Origin: Curvularia clavata
Taxonomy: Eukaryota
Length of the DNA: 64,000 nucleotides
NCBI GenBank assembly: GCA_023920165.1
Contig: CP089276.1
Location: 4,030,001 to 4,094,000, forward strand
Reading direction: 5' to 3'
Under the pieces are notes generated by a model. The model had not been told where the DNA came from. It made no database searches and was given only the letters and a program-made list of their open reading frames with translations. This document shows, one piece after another, positions 22,808-35,092 of this stretch; the stretch's first letter is position 1; each line of letters opens with the position of its first letter. A program made the translations under genes and the position numbers.

Positions 22808-24067
22808 TTATCTCTTTCCCACAAAACGATCCTTGTCTACCAAAACCCCCCTTGCCATCTCCAACTGCTCATCCGTCTGAACAACCAGCGTCTTGTACCT
22901 TGCACCATCCGCAGTAATATCCGTGACGACATCTTCAACCTGCGCTTCATTCTTCTTCGCATCAACAGCGAAACCCAGACACTTGACGCCCTGCACCACT
23001 GCCTGCCTGAGCTTGGTACCCTTCTCTCCGATCCCTCCTGCAAAAACAAGGGCATCGACTTCTCCATCCAGCTTTGTAAAGTACGGACCGACGTAGTTGA
23101 GAATGCGGTCAACAAAGATGTTGAACGCAAGTTTGTCCTCGTGCCGATCCGAGGAGCTGATTTTGCCGAAGTCCGTGGTTCCTGTTAGACTCTTCCAGCC
23201 GCTTTGCTTGTTCAGGATCTCTTCGGCTTGGGTAATGTGCATCTTCTCGCTTGAGCTGTGCGACGGCTTTCCCGCGTTGTGCGTGTAGTGGAACATCAGT
23301 GATGGGTCGATAGAGCCCGAACGTGTGGCACCTGGTAGGCCAGCGAGAGGCGTCAAGCCCATGGTGGTGTCTAGAGACTTTCCGTTCTTGATGCAACATG
23401 CCGATGCTCCGGAGCCAAGATGCAGGGCAATAATGTTGACCTGATCGACTGGCTTCTTGAGATGCTCGGCTACAGCGTTGACGATGAATGAGTAGCTGAT
23501 ACCATGGAATCCGTATTTTCGAAGTTTGTTTCTTTGTGCCACTTTTTGATCAATGGGGTACGTGCATATGTAGTCGGGTAGCGTATTGTGGAATGAAGAG
23601 TCAAAGTAGGCAATGTTCTTAGCATGCGGCAAGGCCTCTGCTACTGCCCGGACAATGGTAAGGGCTGGGGCATTGTGAAGTGGCGCCAGATCAGAGAGCT
23701 CCTCAATGTGATGGTATGTTTCCTTGTCGATGACCTGACTTTTGGGATAATCTCCACCATGTACAACGCGATGGCACGTGAATCGAATGTCATCTGTGTG
23801 GTTCAGCTCTGTAAGGCCCTTGTCGTTGGTCAGGTGCTCGAGGATGTATCGAAACCCGTCTTCTTGGGATTTAACATTCTCTAGTTCTTTTCCTTTGATC
23901 TTCTCGTCGCCACGCTCATACTTAAGTTTCGCAGGCGGTGCGGTTAAGCCTTCGACTGTCGCTTCGGCCAGCTGGACGGGCACCAAGGAACCGTTTTCAG
24001 GTGTCTTGTATACCGATATCTTGACACTAGAAGACCCTGCGTTGATCGAAAGGATGATTTCCGGCAT
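22808..24067 (-). CDS. ackA: Acetate kinase
   Basis: Signatures ILSINAGSSSVK, HRVVHGG, LAPLHN, KYGFHGISY, HLGSGAS, TRSGSIDP and LVFAGGIGE. Confidence 0.97.
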   Translation of the reverse strand: MPEIILSINAGSSSVKISVYKTPENGSLVPVQLAEATVEGLTAPPAKLKYERGDEKIKGKELENVKSQEDGFRYILEHLTNDKGLTELNHTDDIRFTCHRVVHGGDYPKSQVIDKETYHHIEELSDLAPLHNAPALTIVRAVAEALPHAKNIAYFDSSFHNTLPDYICTYPIDQKVAQRNKLRKYGFHGISYSFIVNAVAEHLKKPVDQVNIIALHLGSGASACCIKNGKSLDTTMGLTPLAGLPGATRSGSIDPSLMFHYTHNAGKPSHSSSEKMHITQAEEILNKQSGWKSLTGTTDFGKISSSDRHEDKLAFNIFVDRILNYVGPYFTKLDGEVDALVFAGGIGEKGTKLRQAVVQGVKCLGFAVDAKKNEAQVEDVVTDITADGARYKTLVVQTDEQLEMARGVLVDKDRFVGKR

Positions 24068-24125
24068 GTTTGGTTACCTCCAGTAACTGTTTCAGATCGA
24101 GAGGCGACTTTTGGAGATCCCGATA

Positions 24126-24468
24126 TGACGTCAGTCGGTAATGGATAAGACGTCTCTAGGGGTGAGACGTTTCGAAAAAAGAAAAGAGAGATTTGGGTGT
24201 ATGGGACGCAACAAGGGAGGGAAGTCGTAGAAATTAGGCTTGCATTGAATGTGTACGTCTGGATCAGGCGTGCAGCGTCAGGTCGAATCACCGGAAGTCG
24301 CGGAGCTGCAGACCAACAATTTCTTTTCCCACTGAAGCTTGCACAGTTCAGGCTTCGTCATATGTGCGTTAATTTTGATACGTCTCCGCTGGCTGGACCC
24401 ATCCAATGCCGCATCTAGTGACCGCAACGTGCCGGGCCGACGCTGGTGAAGTCAATGCTATGACGTCA
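24126..24468. promoter_or_regulatory. Two perfect CRE palindromes TGACGTCA upstream of acetate kinase
   Basis: TGACGTCA at 24126-24133 and 24461-24468, the ATF/CREB bZIP consensus. Confidence 0.5.
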
Positions 24469-25876
24469 TCACCGACGTTCACTTACCTCGACTAACATTG
24501 AACTACTGAACTACATAATATCGTACTTGCGAATGAAGAGAGAATGATAGGGGTAGAGTTCTAAATCCAAAATTCAACTGCAACGCATGACCATACACTT
24601 GTGGCATATAGAAGAGTTATGATGAGATATGATATAGGATGAAGGTCCTGTCCCCAATGTTCTGGTATTTCCTGTTAGAGAAAGAGATAAGCCAAGCGGA
24701 TGAGATCAGAAAGAGTGAAGTGTAGAAAAAGAGCGCCGGTATAAGGTAGTTAAAGAGAATGCAGAATATTGCCTGGTAGGAAAAAGTGCATGTTGTATAT
24801 ATAACAAGATATATTCTAAAGTTGTCCATAGACGAGCGAGAAAAAAAGCCAACACATCACTTCCTCAACCTCAACTCCATTCTCATTTTTTAACAATTTG
24901 TCATTTCTCTACCCTACCCCCGAAGAAAAGGCATCAGGTCAAGATAGCAAGCAAAGAGGAAGGGCCCTCTTCCTCCTCGCTTCCTGCCTGTACATCTCTC
25001 TTTTTTATCTATACATGCCCCTCCTTTCATCAACAACGAACAAACAAAGGCCCTACCCACCCAAGCACCCTATGAATTCAGTGAGTTTGAGAGACCCTAT
25101 CCATGTATTTGCCTCGTACCTCCCAAAAAAGTGCTGAGCCCATGAGTTAAAGGAGACAGAAGGAAACAAAATATACCATCACAATGAGAGAGCCAGCCTG
25201 CCTTCTTTTCCCCCACATGAAGAGAACAAAACATATGCATGTTCTTTTTCCAGCTTTTGCGAAAATCTGGAGTGCGGAAAACACAAGCAAAGGGTGGAGA
25301 AAAACACAAAAAACGCTTTGGTGTACCGAGATATCCGTATGAGAACCGAACCCAAGTTTGAACCTGAACAGCAGGCAAGGAAAACAAAAAAAGAAAGAAA
25401 AACTCCAAGTTGATGCGATAACATGCAGGTTGTTTTCGCCCATGACGAAGGACAAAAAAAGAGAGAGAACGCCGTTCAAATGGACAATACAAAGAACGCT
25501 CTGCGCGGCCGCTGGGTTTCCTCCACCGCCGCCGAGTATATAACGGCAATGCCAATGCGATTGATTGAGGCCATGTAAGAGAGACCATGGCATGAGAACT
25601 TTTTCCCTTTCCCGTTCTTTTTTTTCTTCTTTTCCTGGCACGTTTGGACCATTCCGTTTCGTTGAAGCTGATATCATCACAAAACAACGTGTCGCTGTGT
25701 ATGCAGTACCCAGGTGTTGAGCCAGCCAATGCTACCGATGAAGAAACCCTTCGCCACGCCGAGCCGGGGCGGATGTCGTGTCATATTTTGTTCTAGATAT
25801 CCAAAAAGATAACTGAGAGGTAACTGTTTCACACCAGATCAATGTGTGTGAGCAAGATGGCCAAGTTGGAAGTGTA

Positions 25877-28800
25877 TCAACCACCTTTGCGATCAGCAAC
25901 ATTGGCAGGCAACGGCTCACCAGCCGCCTTCTGCTCAGGCGCCCTGGGCTTCTTGTTCTTCCCCTTCTTACGGGGAGCCTGTTGCTGCCAAGAGCTAGGA
26001 CTAGAGCCACCCGCACTCGATTTGTTCGTGCGCTCGTTGCTCTGGGATGTCTTCTGTTGCTGGGCGTTGCGGCCATCCTTGCCATTGCCATTGCCATTTG
26101 ACCCACCTGTAAGCGATGCACGGCGATGCTGCTGGGTATTCGATTTTGGTTGCGCCTTGTGTCCATTGTTGTTGCTGTTTACGATTTTGCCAAGGTCAGC
26201 GGAACGAGTGGCAGTTGGAGATGGTGTGCGTGTTTCAAAAACTGGCGACAGCAGCGGAACAGTTGCAGACTTTGGCTCCTGAGGTTGTGATCGCTGCACA
26301 TTCGACGTTTCCAGAGGTGGAAGACCGTTGGTATATGCAGGTGTGGACCACTGAGCGTGAGGAACTATGCGGGTTGGCGATATATCTTCAACACGATCAC
26401 CATGGTGGCCATTGGGAATGTCGTAGTTTACCCAGGTATCGCCAATTGCTGGAAACGGCTGCTGGTTTTCACTAGGTACGTGCTGCATACCTGTCAAATC
26501 CGCCGCTGGGTGCCCATTCATAGATCCGTTGACGATTGGAGGTGCCATGTTTTCTGCCCCTTTCTGTCTTTGCATCTCTTGCAGTACTAGTTGTTGACGT
26601 GCCTGGAGCTGCTGAATTTGGTGAATGGCCTGGTCGTCTGCGTACATGCCGAGTGGATCTTGAGGCGGCATCTCAGGCAGGGCGGTATCGAATGCATCAA
26701 CCCTAGGGCGGGACTGAGTGGGAAAGGAGCCATTGACAATGACTGGTCCGTTATCAACAGGTGCAGGCCGGACGGAGTCAACACGTGACTTGCGTTGCTC
26801 GTTCGTTGTCGCATCGTTCGGCTGAGCCACACTAGTAGAATAGCTTCGCATGTGGCCTCCCAACGGAGAAGGTGAGCGCGTCACCCGCCGCAATGCAGTG
26901 TTCAACAGAGGTTGAGTAATCTCTGGTGACACCCGTCTACGGCGCTGTGCCAGCTCGCTGAAGGATGGAATTGCTGCAACAGTGTAGTCTTGTAATGAAC
27001 GCACTGGTGTCGGTTGTGGTTGTGGTTGTTGCTGCTGTGATGCTGGGGGTGGTGGCTGCTCTGCTACGTAGTAGCCTACATACTCCTTGGGCGAACTATT
27101 GTCTGAAGATGAGGCTGACTCTTGCTGTACGGCTGTTGAATTTACCATCATGTCGGACGCGCTTTGCGTAGTCGAAAGATCTTGCGAGGACCGCGCAATA
27201 GGGTAACCGGCAAAGAGTGCAGGATCAACAAACTGAGGCATAGGTGGATATCCTACAATAGTAGGCTGCTGCGCCGCGTTGCGTGGCGGCTGTGAGTGCG
27301 AACGAAGTGAGGTGGTCTCGCTTGCATTCGACGCGCGATGAACTCCACGATGAACTCCAGGCATGCTGCTGCTCAACGACGGTGAAGATGGGTTCGTCCG
27401 TGACCCATCTTGTGAGCCGTTGAGATCTACCTGAGAGGGGTTGTAGAAGCCAGGGTAATGGTACAGGAACCCCTGAGGAAGAGCATTTGGAGGTATTCCA
27501 CGCTCAGCCAACCGAGGGCTTTGACGCCCGTTTACGTATGGCGATTTTTGAGGTGATCCATTCGTACTGTTCGATGTTCGTCCTTGTGCCTGTGCCTGCG
27601 CTTGTGCTTGTGCTTGAGCAACGGCATGGGCATGCATTTGGGCAGCCCGCACTTGATGTGCTTGCTGTGCATGTTGCTGAGCGGCCAGCTGGGCACGCAG
27701 GGAATTTGACTGCATCTCCAACATCTGGTATTGCTGGTACAGTTGGTCATGCAGCTGGTCGTGGATGCCTCTTGGGAAGCTGAAGTATTCAGGACCAGCA
27801 CTTGTGGGAATGGGCGGGCTGTGCAGAAAGGGCGGACGACCCTGGCCGTAATTCGAGCTGTTAGACGATCGTCTGCTCCCTCCGTGCTGACCCTTGAGGC
27901 TGAAACCGCCTCTACCTCCTCGCGAGTTTTGACCACCCCTTCCATTGCGATTTGGCACACTTGACGTGATGATGGCTTTTTGCGATTGCGGCTTCTTGAA
28001 GATTGAGTTTGACTTTTCTTCGGGCGGATACTCGAACTGCTCGCAGACTTTGTCGAGCTGCTGGCCGTCTGCGAGCAGGTCAAAAGCACGGCGAATCTCC
28101 AAGTGTATACCACGCCAAGCGTAGTCATCGGCCGAGTTTCCGAGATTTCGGTCAATGTTGAAAGGTTCCTCTACACAAAGACGGTTGACGCCTTCCTTCT
28201 GGCCACCGCCAGGGTGCCATCCCTTTTCTTCTCTCGGTATACGTTTGCCCTGACGTACCGACATTGCCTCTTTCTCATAATCGACTTCATGACCGTATAA
28301 GCGGAAGAAATGAAAGAGCAGCTGACCCAAGCTTTCTTTGTTCTTTTCTCCAAACCCTCTCAGTTTCCCTATATCGTCGGCGAAACTCGATAATGATGGC
28401 TGACCGGTTGTCTCATCTCGTGCTCGCTGGGGAAGCTCATGCAGGGTAGGCAGGACTGGGGGATCCCGCGTTTGGAGAAAGTTGAGAATCATACATATCC
28501 ACGTATACGAGCTGATTGTGCCACCAATGCCTACAAACGGTTAAAAAGGAAACATGCGGCGTCGCCGGAGACTTACCAGCATCGTTAAGGATACGCCGCT
28601 TTGTCCAGTATTTGATAATCATGGCTAATGGGCGTACACGGTCGTCTAATTGGATATATGTCTTGATCATGCGCGTGTTCTCGATTGCGGCGACGTTGTT
28701 CACGTTGATGTCGCACGAGAGTTGCAGCTCAGGGTCCCAGACTTTTACTATCCGGACCTTGGCTGCGGGTATACAGACAACACGTTCCATGCCGTCTATG

Positions 28801-29570
28801 GAGGTGAGGTCAGAAATAAATTTATCAAAGCAGTGTTTGGTGACGTACGTTTGTCAAGAGCCTCGGCCAGTGGATGCATCTCTTCTAGCCTTTTCATGGG
28901 CGTTTGAATGCAAAGGTCGACTTGTCGAGGGTCAGCGGGAATAGACTGTGGATGAATTGTGACGCTTACCATCGCTCTCTGATGTCCACAGCATATTACC
29001 CGAGGAGCCAAACACATGGACCATCATCTTGGTGCCCGGAAACTCGGATTCCAGAATGCGCTGCACCTTTTTCACAAAACGCTCTCGGGTATCTGTATCC
29101 TGCTGTTTGGGTACCAACCGGTCGTACAGCTCGCGCATGTCACCGCTCAACTTGTCATCTTCGTGGGGATCTAGGCTCTTCTTGGGCTCTTGTTTTGCCT
29201 TTTCCAATATCTCGTCGGACTGGTAGGGCATGCGTCTCCGGCCCAGCATGCCGACGTTTGTTTCGAACCTGCATTTGAAGGGGCGAGCAGGCCTCAACGT
29301 GGGCATGGCGCCGTTTGCTTCGGACGAGACTGAGCGTGGCGAATGACCGCCCAGGCCACCATTGGGCGAAGGGGAGCGGGAGCGCGTGTTGTAGGAGCGG
29401 GCGACCTGGAGGGGGGTCGAGGGGACGGAGTTGGAGTGGTGGGATACGATGGACGGGCGTTGGCTGCGTGCCTGGGGGTGTGCCTGAGCCTGTGACTGGG
29501 AGTCATGCTGAGTCGGGGCAGCAGCCGAGGCCCGCTTATTGGCTATGTTTGGAGCACCGGTGGATGTCAT
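25877..29570 (-). CDS. Non-canonical poly(A)/poly(U) polymerase, Cid13/Cid1 family (multi-exon)
   Basis: Nucleotidyltransferase motif FGSSGN..ESD|VDLCI, AKVRIVKVWDPELQLSCDINVNN, GGTISSYTW, and PAP-associated LCVEEPFNIDRNLGN. Long Q/P-rich C-terminus. An alternative in-frame ATG lies at 29981. Confidence 0.92.
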
Positions 29571-30194
29571 CGTGGGCGCGCTGTTGGGCCCGGTGCACTT
29601 TGTATCCTTATGCCCATCTGTGGTATCTTTCTGAGCCTGTGCCGTCTTGACGGGAGGCTTCTTGGAGTGGGTGCGGCCTGAGTCCCGCTGGGGCGGCGGG
29701 CTCAGCGAGTGGGGAGACACAATTACGGTGGGGAAGGACGTGTGCGAGAGAGATGGATGCACTTTGTCGATGCGCGCAAGCTGCAGGAGCGGGTGCAGCA
29801 GCAGATATGGGGGCACGGGAGCGTAGGGGAGAAGGTGCGGGCGCAGCAAGTGCGGCTGGAGATGGTGGGCGGGCGAAGACAGAGCCGCGTTGACGTCTTT
29901 TGTGGGATGGGTGTCGGAATGAATGGGCTGTGGATGGTGGATGTAAAGATACTGGGGGAGGTTGTGGCGGCGGTCGGTCATAAACTTTAGTGGCCGAAGG
30001 GATGAGTAGGGGAATAGCGGTACTGGGAGAGGGGCTGCTGCCGCTACTCGCTATGCCAGGGAGCGCCGGGAGACGACGACGAGAAAAAAAACGAAGGGAG
30101 TGGGTGCTTCCAGAGCGGGTAAAGGCAGCGAAGAGGACGGGTGGAGGGCTTCTTCGCAACGAGCGTGTTTTGTGGTCGTCGTCGTGGTAGTGCC

Positions 30195-30227
30195 GGTGCT
30201 GGTGCTGGTGCTGGTGCTGGTGCTGGC
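30195..30227. repeat. (GTGCTG)n hexanucleotide microsatellite
   Basis: About 5 tandem copies upstream of the Cid13-like gene. Confidence 0.85.
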
Positions 30228-31558
30228 TGGGAGAGAGCGAACCCCTGCTGGGCGAGGCGTGTGGGAACGAGTCGCTGAGTGGTGAGGCCGGGCGCTAGTC
30301 AATGGGCCAGATGCAGGTGCAGGTGCAGCTGGGGACGGCGATGGGCACTGCAGACGACGAGCGAGGCGGAATGGAGGCGAGAGTCGACAGAGCGTCGGTC
30401 TGTGAGGTTATGTTTGGCTGGAGGGTGCAGTGCATGCACATGGGCGTGTATCTAAGTCCAACGGGGGATGCGAGCACAGAGCTGCGTCTAGAGCGCTTTG
30501 GGGCGGGCGCGTGCCGTCACCTACACCAGACTGCGAGGCCGACAGGGGCGCCTTCTCGACGGACAATATGCACTTTGCTCTGCCACCTACATAGTACAAA
30601 GTAGTTGCTGCTGCTGCACCGCAGCGGGGCGGGCGCCGCCGCCGCCATACTGGCCTTGTCGTGGGCCAACGCCTGCATTGCTTCTTGCACCACCACCAAC
30701 ATCATGACCAACACCACCACCATCACTGCCTATACCATGGCCGCGGCGTCCGTGGCCTGCCCCGCGCTCGGAGCACAGAGCAGTAGAGGTAAAAGGGAAA
30801 AAAGCACACACCCGCACGCCACACCGTCGTTCCCTCTAACGCAACCCGCGATACAGGGACATGCCCCCGTCAGACTGGCTCAGCACTTGTCAGCCCCGAC
30901 GGCGCTGGCGTGGGATCTGGTGCTGACTGCCCAGAGCTGGCGACTTTGAAATTTCCATGTATGGCAACTATCCTCATGTCCGACTTGACCTCACTGGCCA
31001 TACACCCACGCACGGCGTGGGCGACAAGCGGGCGGCGCTGAAGCCGTTGCTACCCCTTTCCTACCCACTCACTCACTATACGTCACAAGGGGATGGCGGC
31101 TTCTTATGAGACTGTAGGGGGGGGGAGGGGACCATGTGCCAGGCTGTGCCTTGCCCAGAGCAAATGCGACTGCCAATACGCCTGGCCTCCGGACTGCGAG
31201 CTGCTTGATGTATTTTTGGCCTCGTCTCATGCTCATCTCATCTTACTACCACACCGACTCTACCGCGTGAACGGATGCAGGGACGCATGGCCCTTTGCAA
31301 CCACGTACGCATCCGTGCTACCGACGCCCGATTGCGGCTCTCCTGAGGAGCTGCCGGCTCGGATTCAGGGAAAATGTTTTGGCCTGGCAAATTAATATGC
31401 GGGCAATCCACGCCCGTTTCACATGGCCGGAAATATATCTGGGAGGGGAGACGACGTTACGGCGGCCCAGGGTCCGTGTGGCGCACGGTCCCTGTCGTTC
31501 GCTGCCCGTAGCCGAGCCACGGACGGCTCTGCCGCAGGTGCCACTACGCTCCAACAGT

Positions 31559-32516
31559 ATGCTGTCGTTGCTTCTCCCACGCCCTGCACGCCCCACTCTC
31601 TCGTTGCCAAAGCCTCTTGCTGCACGCAGACGTCTGTCCTCAGCCATGGCCGGGCCGCGCATAGGTACCTACTCGGCCCACTGTCCACCCTGAAGACCCC
31701 AATGGCTGATGGTCCGCAGCGAACCCCGCCCTCTTGTATGCCTCCTCCACCACTGCCCGCCACGCTGCCCCCTCATAACGTCCTCGTAGTATCTGCGATC
31801 TGCAAGAGAAGTTCCGCCCGGCCATCCACGAGTTCCCCAGGGTCGTCTCGACGGCACAGAAGCTGCTGAGAGCCAGTATGTCATACGCCTCTTGTGGCTA
31901 TGCTCGTGTCTTGCTGACCAACACCGCCAGGCCAGCTGCTCAATATACCCGTCATCGCAACCACCCAAAACCGCGCTCGATTGGGCGAGACATGTCCGGA
32001 GCTCAAGTTGGATGCGCCTGATGGCGTCAAGACGGTTTGTCATGTTGACAAGACGCGCTTCTCCATGGTGTATGTCTCTCAGCGCCGGACAAGAGAATCA
32101 GGGCTGACCACCGCAGTACGCCTGAAGTCGAAAAGGCCCTCGAGTCTCTCAACGCCTCCGGCCCGCTGTCCTGTATCATCGTCGGTATCGAGAGCCACAT
32201 CTGCATAACCCAGACCACCCTCGATCTTCTGAGGAGAAAGCACAAGGTCTACGTCATTGCCGACGGCGTGAGCAGCTGCAACAAGGAGGAAGTCCCAATT
32301 GCCTTGGCCAGGCTGAGACATGAAGGTGCTATCGTAACCACCAGCGAGAGCTTCATGTACGAATTCGTCGAGGATGCTGGTACACCCGAGTAAGTGGATA
32401 GTCTGGATAACTGGGCCCGCAGGCTGACATGGTACAGGTTCAAGGGTCTTATCAAGATAGTCAAGGAAACATCGCAGACTACCAAGGAGACGATGCAGGC
32501 GCTCTGCAAAATGTGA
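31559..32516 (+). CDS. Isochorismatase domain-containing protein (ISOC2/YcaC-like), multi-exon, probably mitochondrial
   Basis: The spliced product reads MLSLLLPRPAR..(presequence-like)..NPALFICDLQEKFRPAI..TTQNRARLGETCPEL..DKTRFSM..GIESHICITQTTLDL..DGVSSCN..TTSESFMYE. Confidence 0.88.
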
Positions 32517-33147
32517 AGTCAATTGACCAGACTGACAGGCTTAAAGGCAGCTCTGCTGTCACTAGTACTCAATTGCAAAATCGATCTCTCCAACAACGGT
32601 CCTGCGCATTCCAACTTGAGCACAACACAATCTGTGAATCGGGCATCTACTTCCTCCGGCTAACCATACAAGTATACAACAAGCCACTAAACCGCAGCAT
32701 ATAAAGGTGGCGCTCTATCCGTCCGCAGGTTCTCTTATCGATAAGCTCCTTGAGGAAGGCACCTGAGCAACTGACCTGGCCCACTTGTTTGTTCAGAAAT
32801 ATAAAGCAGCCAGCTACACAGTCTGGTACATACGACCATAGGCTCGAGAAAGCAGGATTCCCCGTTCGATCAATCATACTTAAGCTCGAGACCGGCGGAC
32901 TAGTAGTCAGGTGGGTGACCACTGGCGAATCCCCGCTGTCGTATGTTTTTGTTTTTTACGTCTTTTTTTGCCCAGGCCTCGTGAGGATATCTTTTCATCT
33001 AGCTGACTTTATCTCTTCCATCTGATGTTCATGCGTACCTTCACTTGGAGTAACAATGACGTAACCGCTCCTTTCTTGGCACTGCACCCCAACTCATCTT
33101 ATCATACACGCATACCAACACTACCTGCTTTTACTGTAGTGTCAATC

Positions 33148-33693
33148 TCAATTCTTCCGCTCGAGAAACACAGCCTCTTCCCCATACCCTCTCACCTTCT
33201 CCCTCAGTTTCTCCTCGACATCCACCTGTCTAAACCCAAACCTGCCCCAAAACCCACTCGTCCCATATACAGACACCAAACTACTCGTCTCGTACTCTTT
33301 TGCTGCCGTCTCTAATACCTTTTCCACCCCGCGCTGCGCTAGTCCAGACCCTCTGAACTCAGCCAAGATGGCCAGGTCGTGGATGTAGTATTGAGTTGCA
33401 TTGGGTGCGATTTGGGTGAGAAGTGTGTCAAGAGAAGGGGGTGAGTGGTGGGGGATGGGGTGGGAGAGGATGTAACCGCAGAGTTGTTGATCTTGTTCTT
33501 GTCTTTGGCCTTGGTCTTGGTTGGTGGTTTTAAAGAGTCCTAGACATCCTTCAGGAAAAAGTGTAATGCGTTCTTCGAATACGGCGTCACGTTCCGGTAG
33601 GTCCTGGTGGATTGAACTCGCGATTTTAACCACCTGGGCAGTATCGTTTGGGGAGAGGGGGCGCCATTCTAGCGTTGCGGGTGAGTGAGCCAT
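33148..33693 (-). CDS. GNAT-family N-acetyltransferase
   Basis: Acetyl-CoA motif A YYIHDLAILAEFRGSGLA and GFWGRFGF. Intronless. Confidence 0.88.
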   Translation of the reverse strand: MAHSPATLEWRPLSPNDTAQVVKIASSIHQDLPERDAVFEERITLFPEGCLGLFKTTNQDQGQRQEQDQQLCGYILSHPIPHHSPPSLDTLLTQIAPNATQYYIHDLAILAEFRGSGLAQRGVEKVLETAAKEYETSSLVSVYGTSGFWGRFGFRQVDVEEKLREKVRGYGEEAVFLERKN

Positions 33694-35092
33694 TTTGTCT
33701 TTTGATGGTGTCTGGTTTGATTAATTACAGATTGACTTAGTTGGGATGAGTGCTAGGAATTGATTTGATGACTTTGGGACGTGAAATGATTGGTCTATCA
33801 TCGTCGGGGTCCGTGCGGGGCATAGTTGTCTCGATTGGGCATGCACTTTCCCTGTATGATGAGACTCTGTATCTCAGCTTTCTATCCCAAGTTCTCTTTC
33901 ACATTGATATTAAGTATACACCTGCTCTTTCATCGGTGTTGACGACTAGACTGTTGTACTATCCTACCCATGTGGGTTGACTCCGCAAACTACATAGTAC
34001 TATACTGCTTTGACCTTGGTGCCAGCCGCGGGCTTGGTATAAGCTTTGGGCTGCTGGAGCTTACCACATGCGTGATTTGTGCCTAATGCGTTTTCCAGGG
34101 TCGTGATGACGTTGTGCCGTAGTTGCATGACAGGTGCTCTGTGGCTTATCACACTGCACACACTTGCTAATGACAGATCTTAAACAGCTGCTGTGGCGAT
34201 CACTTACTCTGATACATCACATATCACTTCAGATCATTTCGTATTGTGTTTTGCCGCTTTTCAAGACCAGCCCTCTATGTAGGCCTCCGCGGAACAAACT
34301 TCCGTCCGCGGCAAACTTCATTTCTAGCGAAATCACCCGGCACGGGCTGGCCAGCGTCGCCTTGAATAAATTGTGGCCCTTTGGGTAGAAAGGGGCCTGG
34401 GCCAGTAGTCTGTGCTACATGCAACATGATATCCACTGGTATCGTGGTACAGGACAACTACTATCGGCTGTTAAGCGTACCAAGCAGTGAGTATTGGGAG
34501 CATCAATGCAGATGAACATCTTGGCACATGCTTACAGGCTGCCAGAAAATCATTGGGGTTTTTTGAGATCCAGAAATGAACCAAGGAAAATATCGTGCCT
34601 AAGACAAGTGGCCAAGAGCAAAATTGGCTGCAGTTGGCAAGTAATCAGCTGTACAAGCGACACCGCGTACATCTTGCACCACCCCGCCTCACCTGCAGAG
34701 CCTCTCCCCAACAGTACAAACAAGCAAACAGAGTTTCTTGTTCTAGAAGTGATGCGCAGCCTCGTCCTGGATCCGTCCTGGGACTAGAGTAGGAAAAGTA
34801 TACGCCAATTCTAGACTCATGTACGCTGGGTCACGAGTTAAAGAGCTATCCTCAGATTTGCATGGCCACACACTAGTATAGCCTGTAAATCTTCATTGCA
34901 AGACTTAGATTCCACATCTAGAAGCGCCAAATCAACATGAATGAACCAGAAAACAGGTCTGGCCTAAGCCACCTTGGTCTGATCGAGTATAATCTCGACT
35001 ATTTCTAGGCCGGAGGGTAGCATCATAAGAAGCTCGCGCTTGCACATGGAAAACAAGCAGGATTTTCCAGTCCCTCCTCAGATATCCACATC

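Noticed and set aside
24617..25729. ORFs of 70-210 aa (e.g. 25097-25729, 25147-25680)
   Set aside because: Phe/Leu/Cys-rich translations of A/T tracts. Most likely the 3'UTR and intergenic DNA downstream of the Cid13-like gene.
29990..31550. Many short overlapping ORFs on both strands
   Set aside because: GC-rich, low-complexity divergent promoter/leader region with no recognisable domains or coherent splice model.
4490..32516. Two isochorismatase genes as a duplication or cluster
   Set aside because: They belong to different subfamilies, have different exon structures, lie 26 kb apart, and share no visible similarity beyond the fold motifs.
33750..35050. Possible degraded transposon in gene-free DNA (also 36000-37300)
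   Set aside because: Some TpA enrichment by eye, but no transposase or RT motifs, TIRs or LTRs that I could identify.
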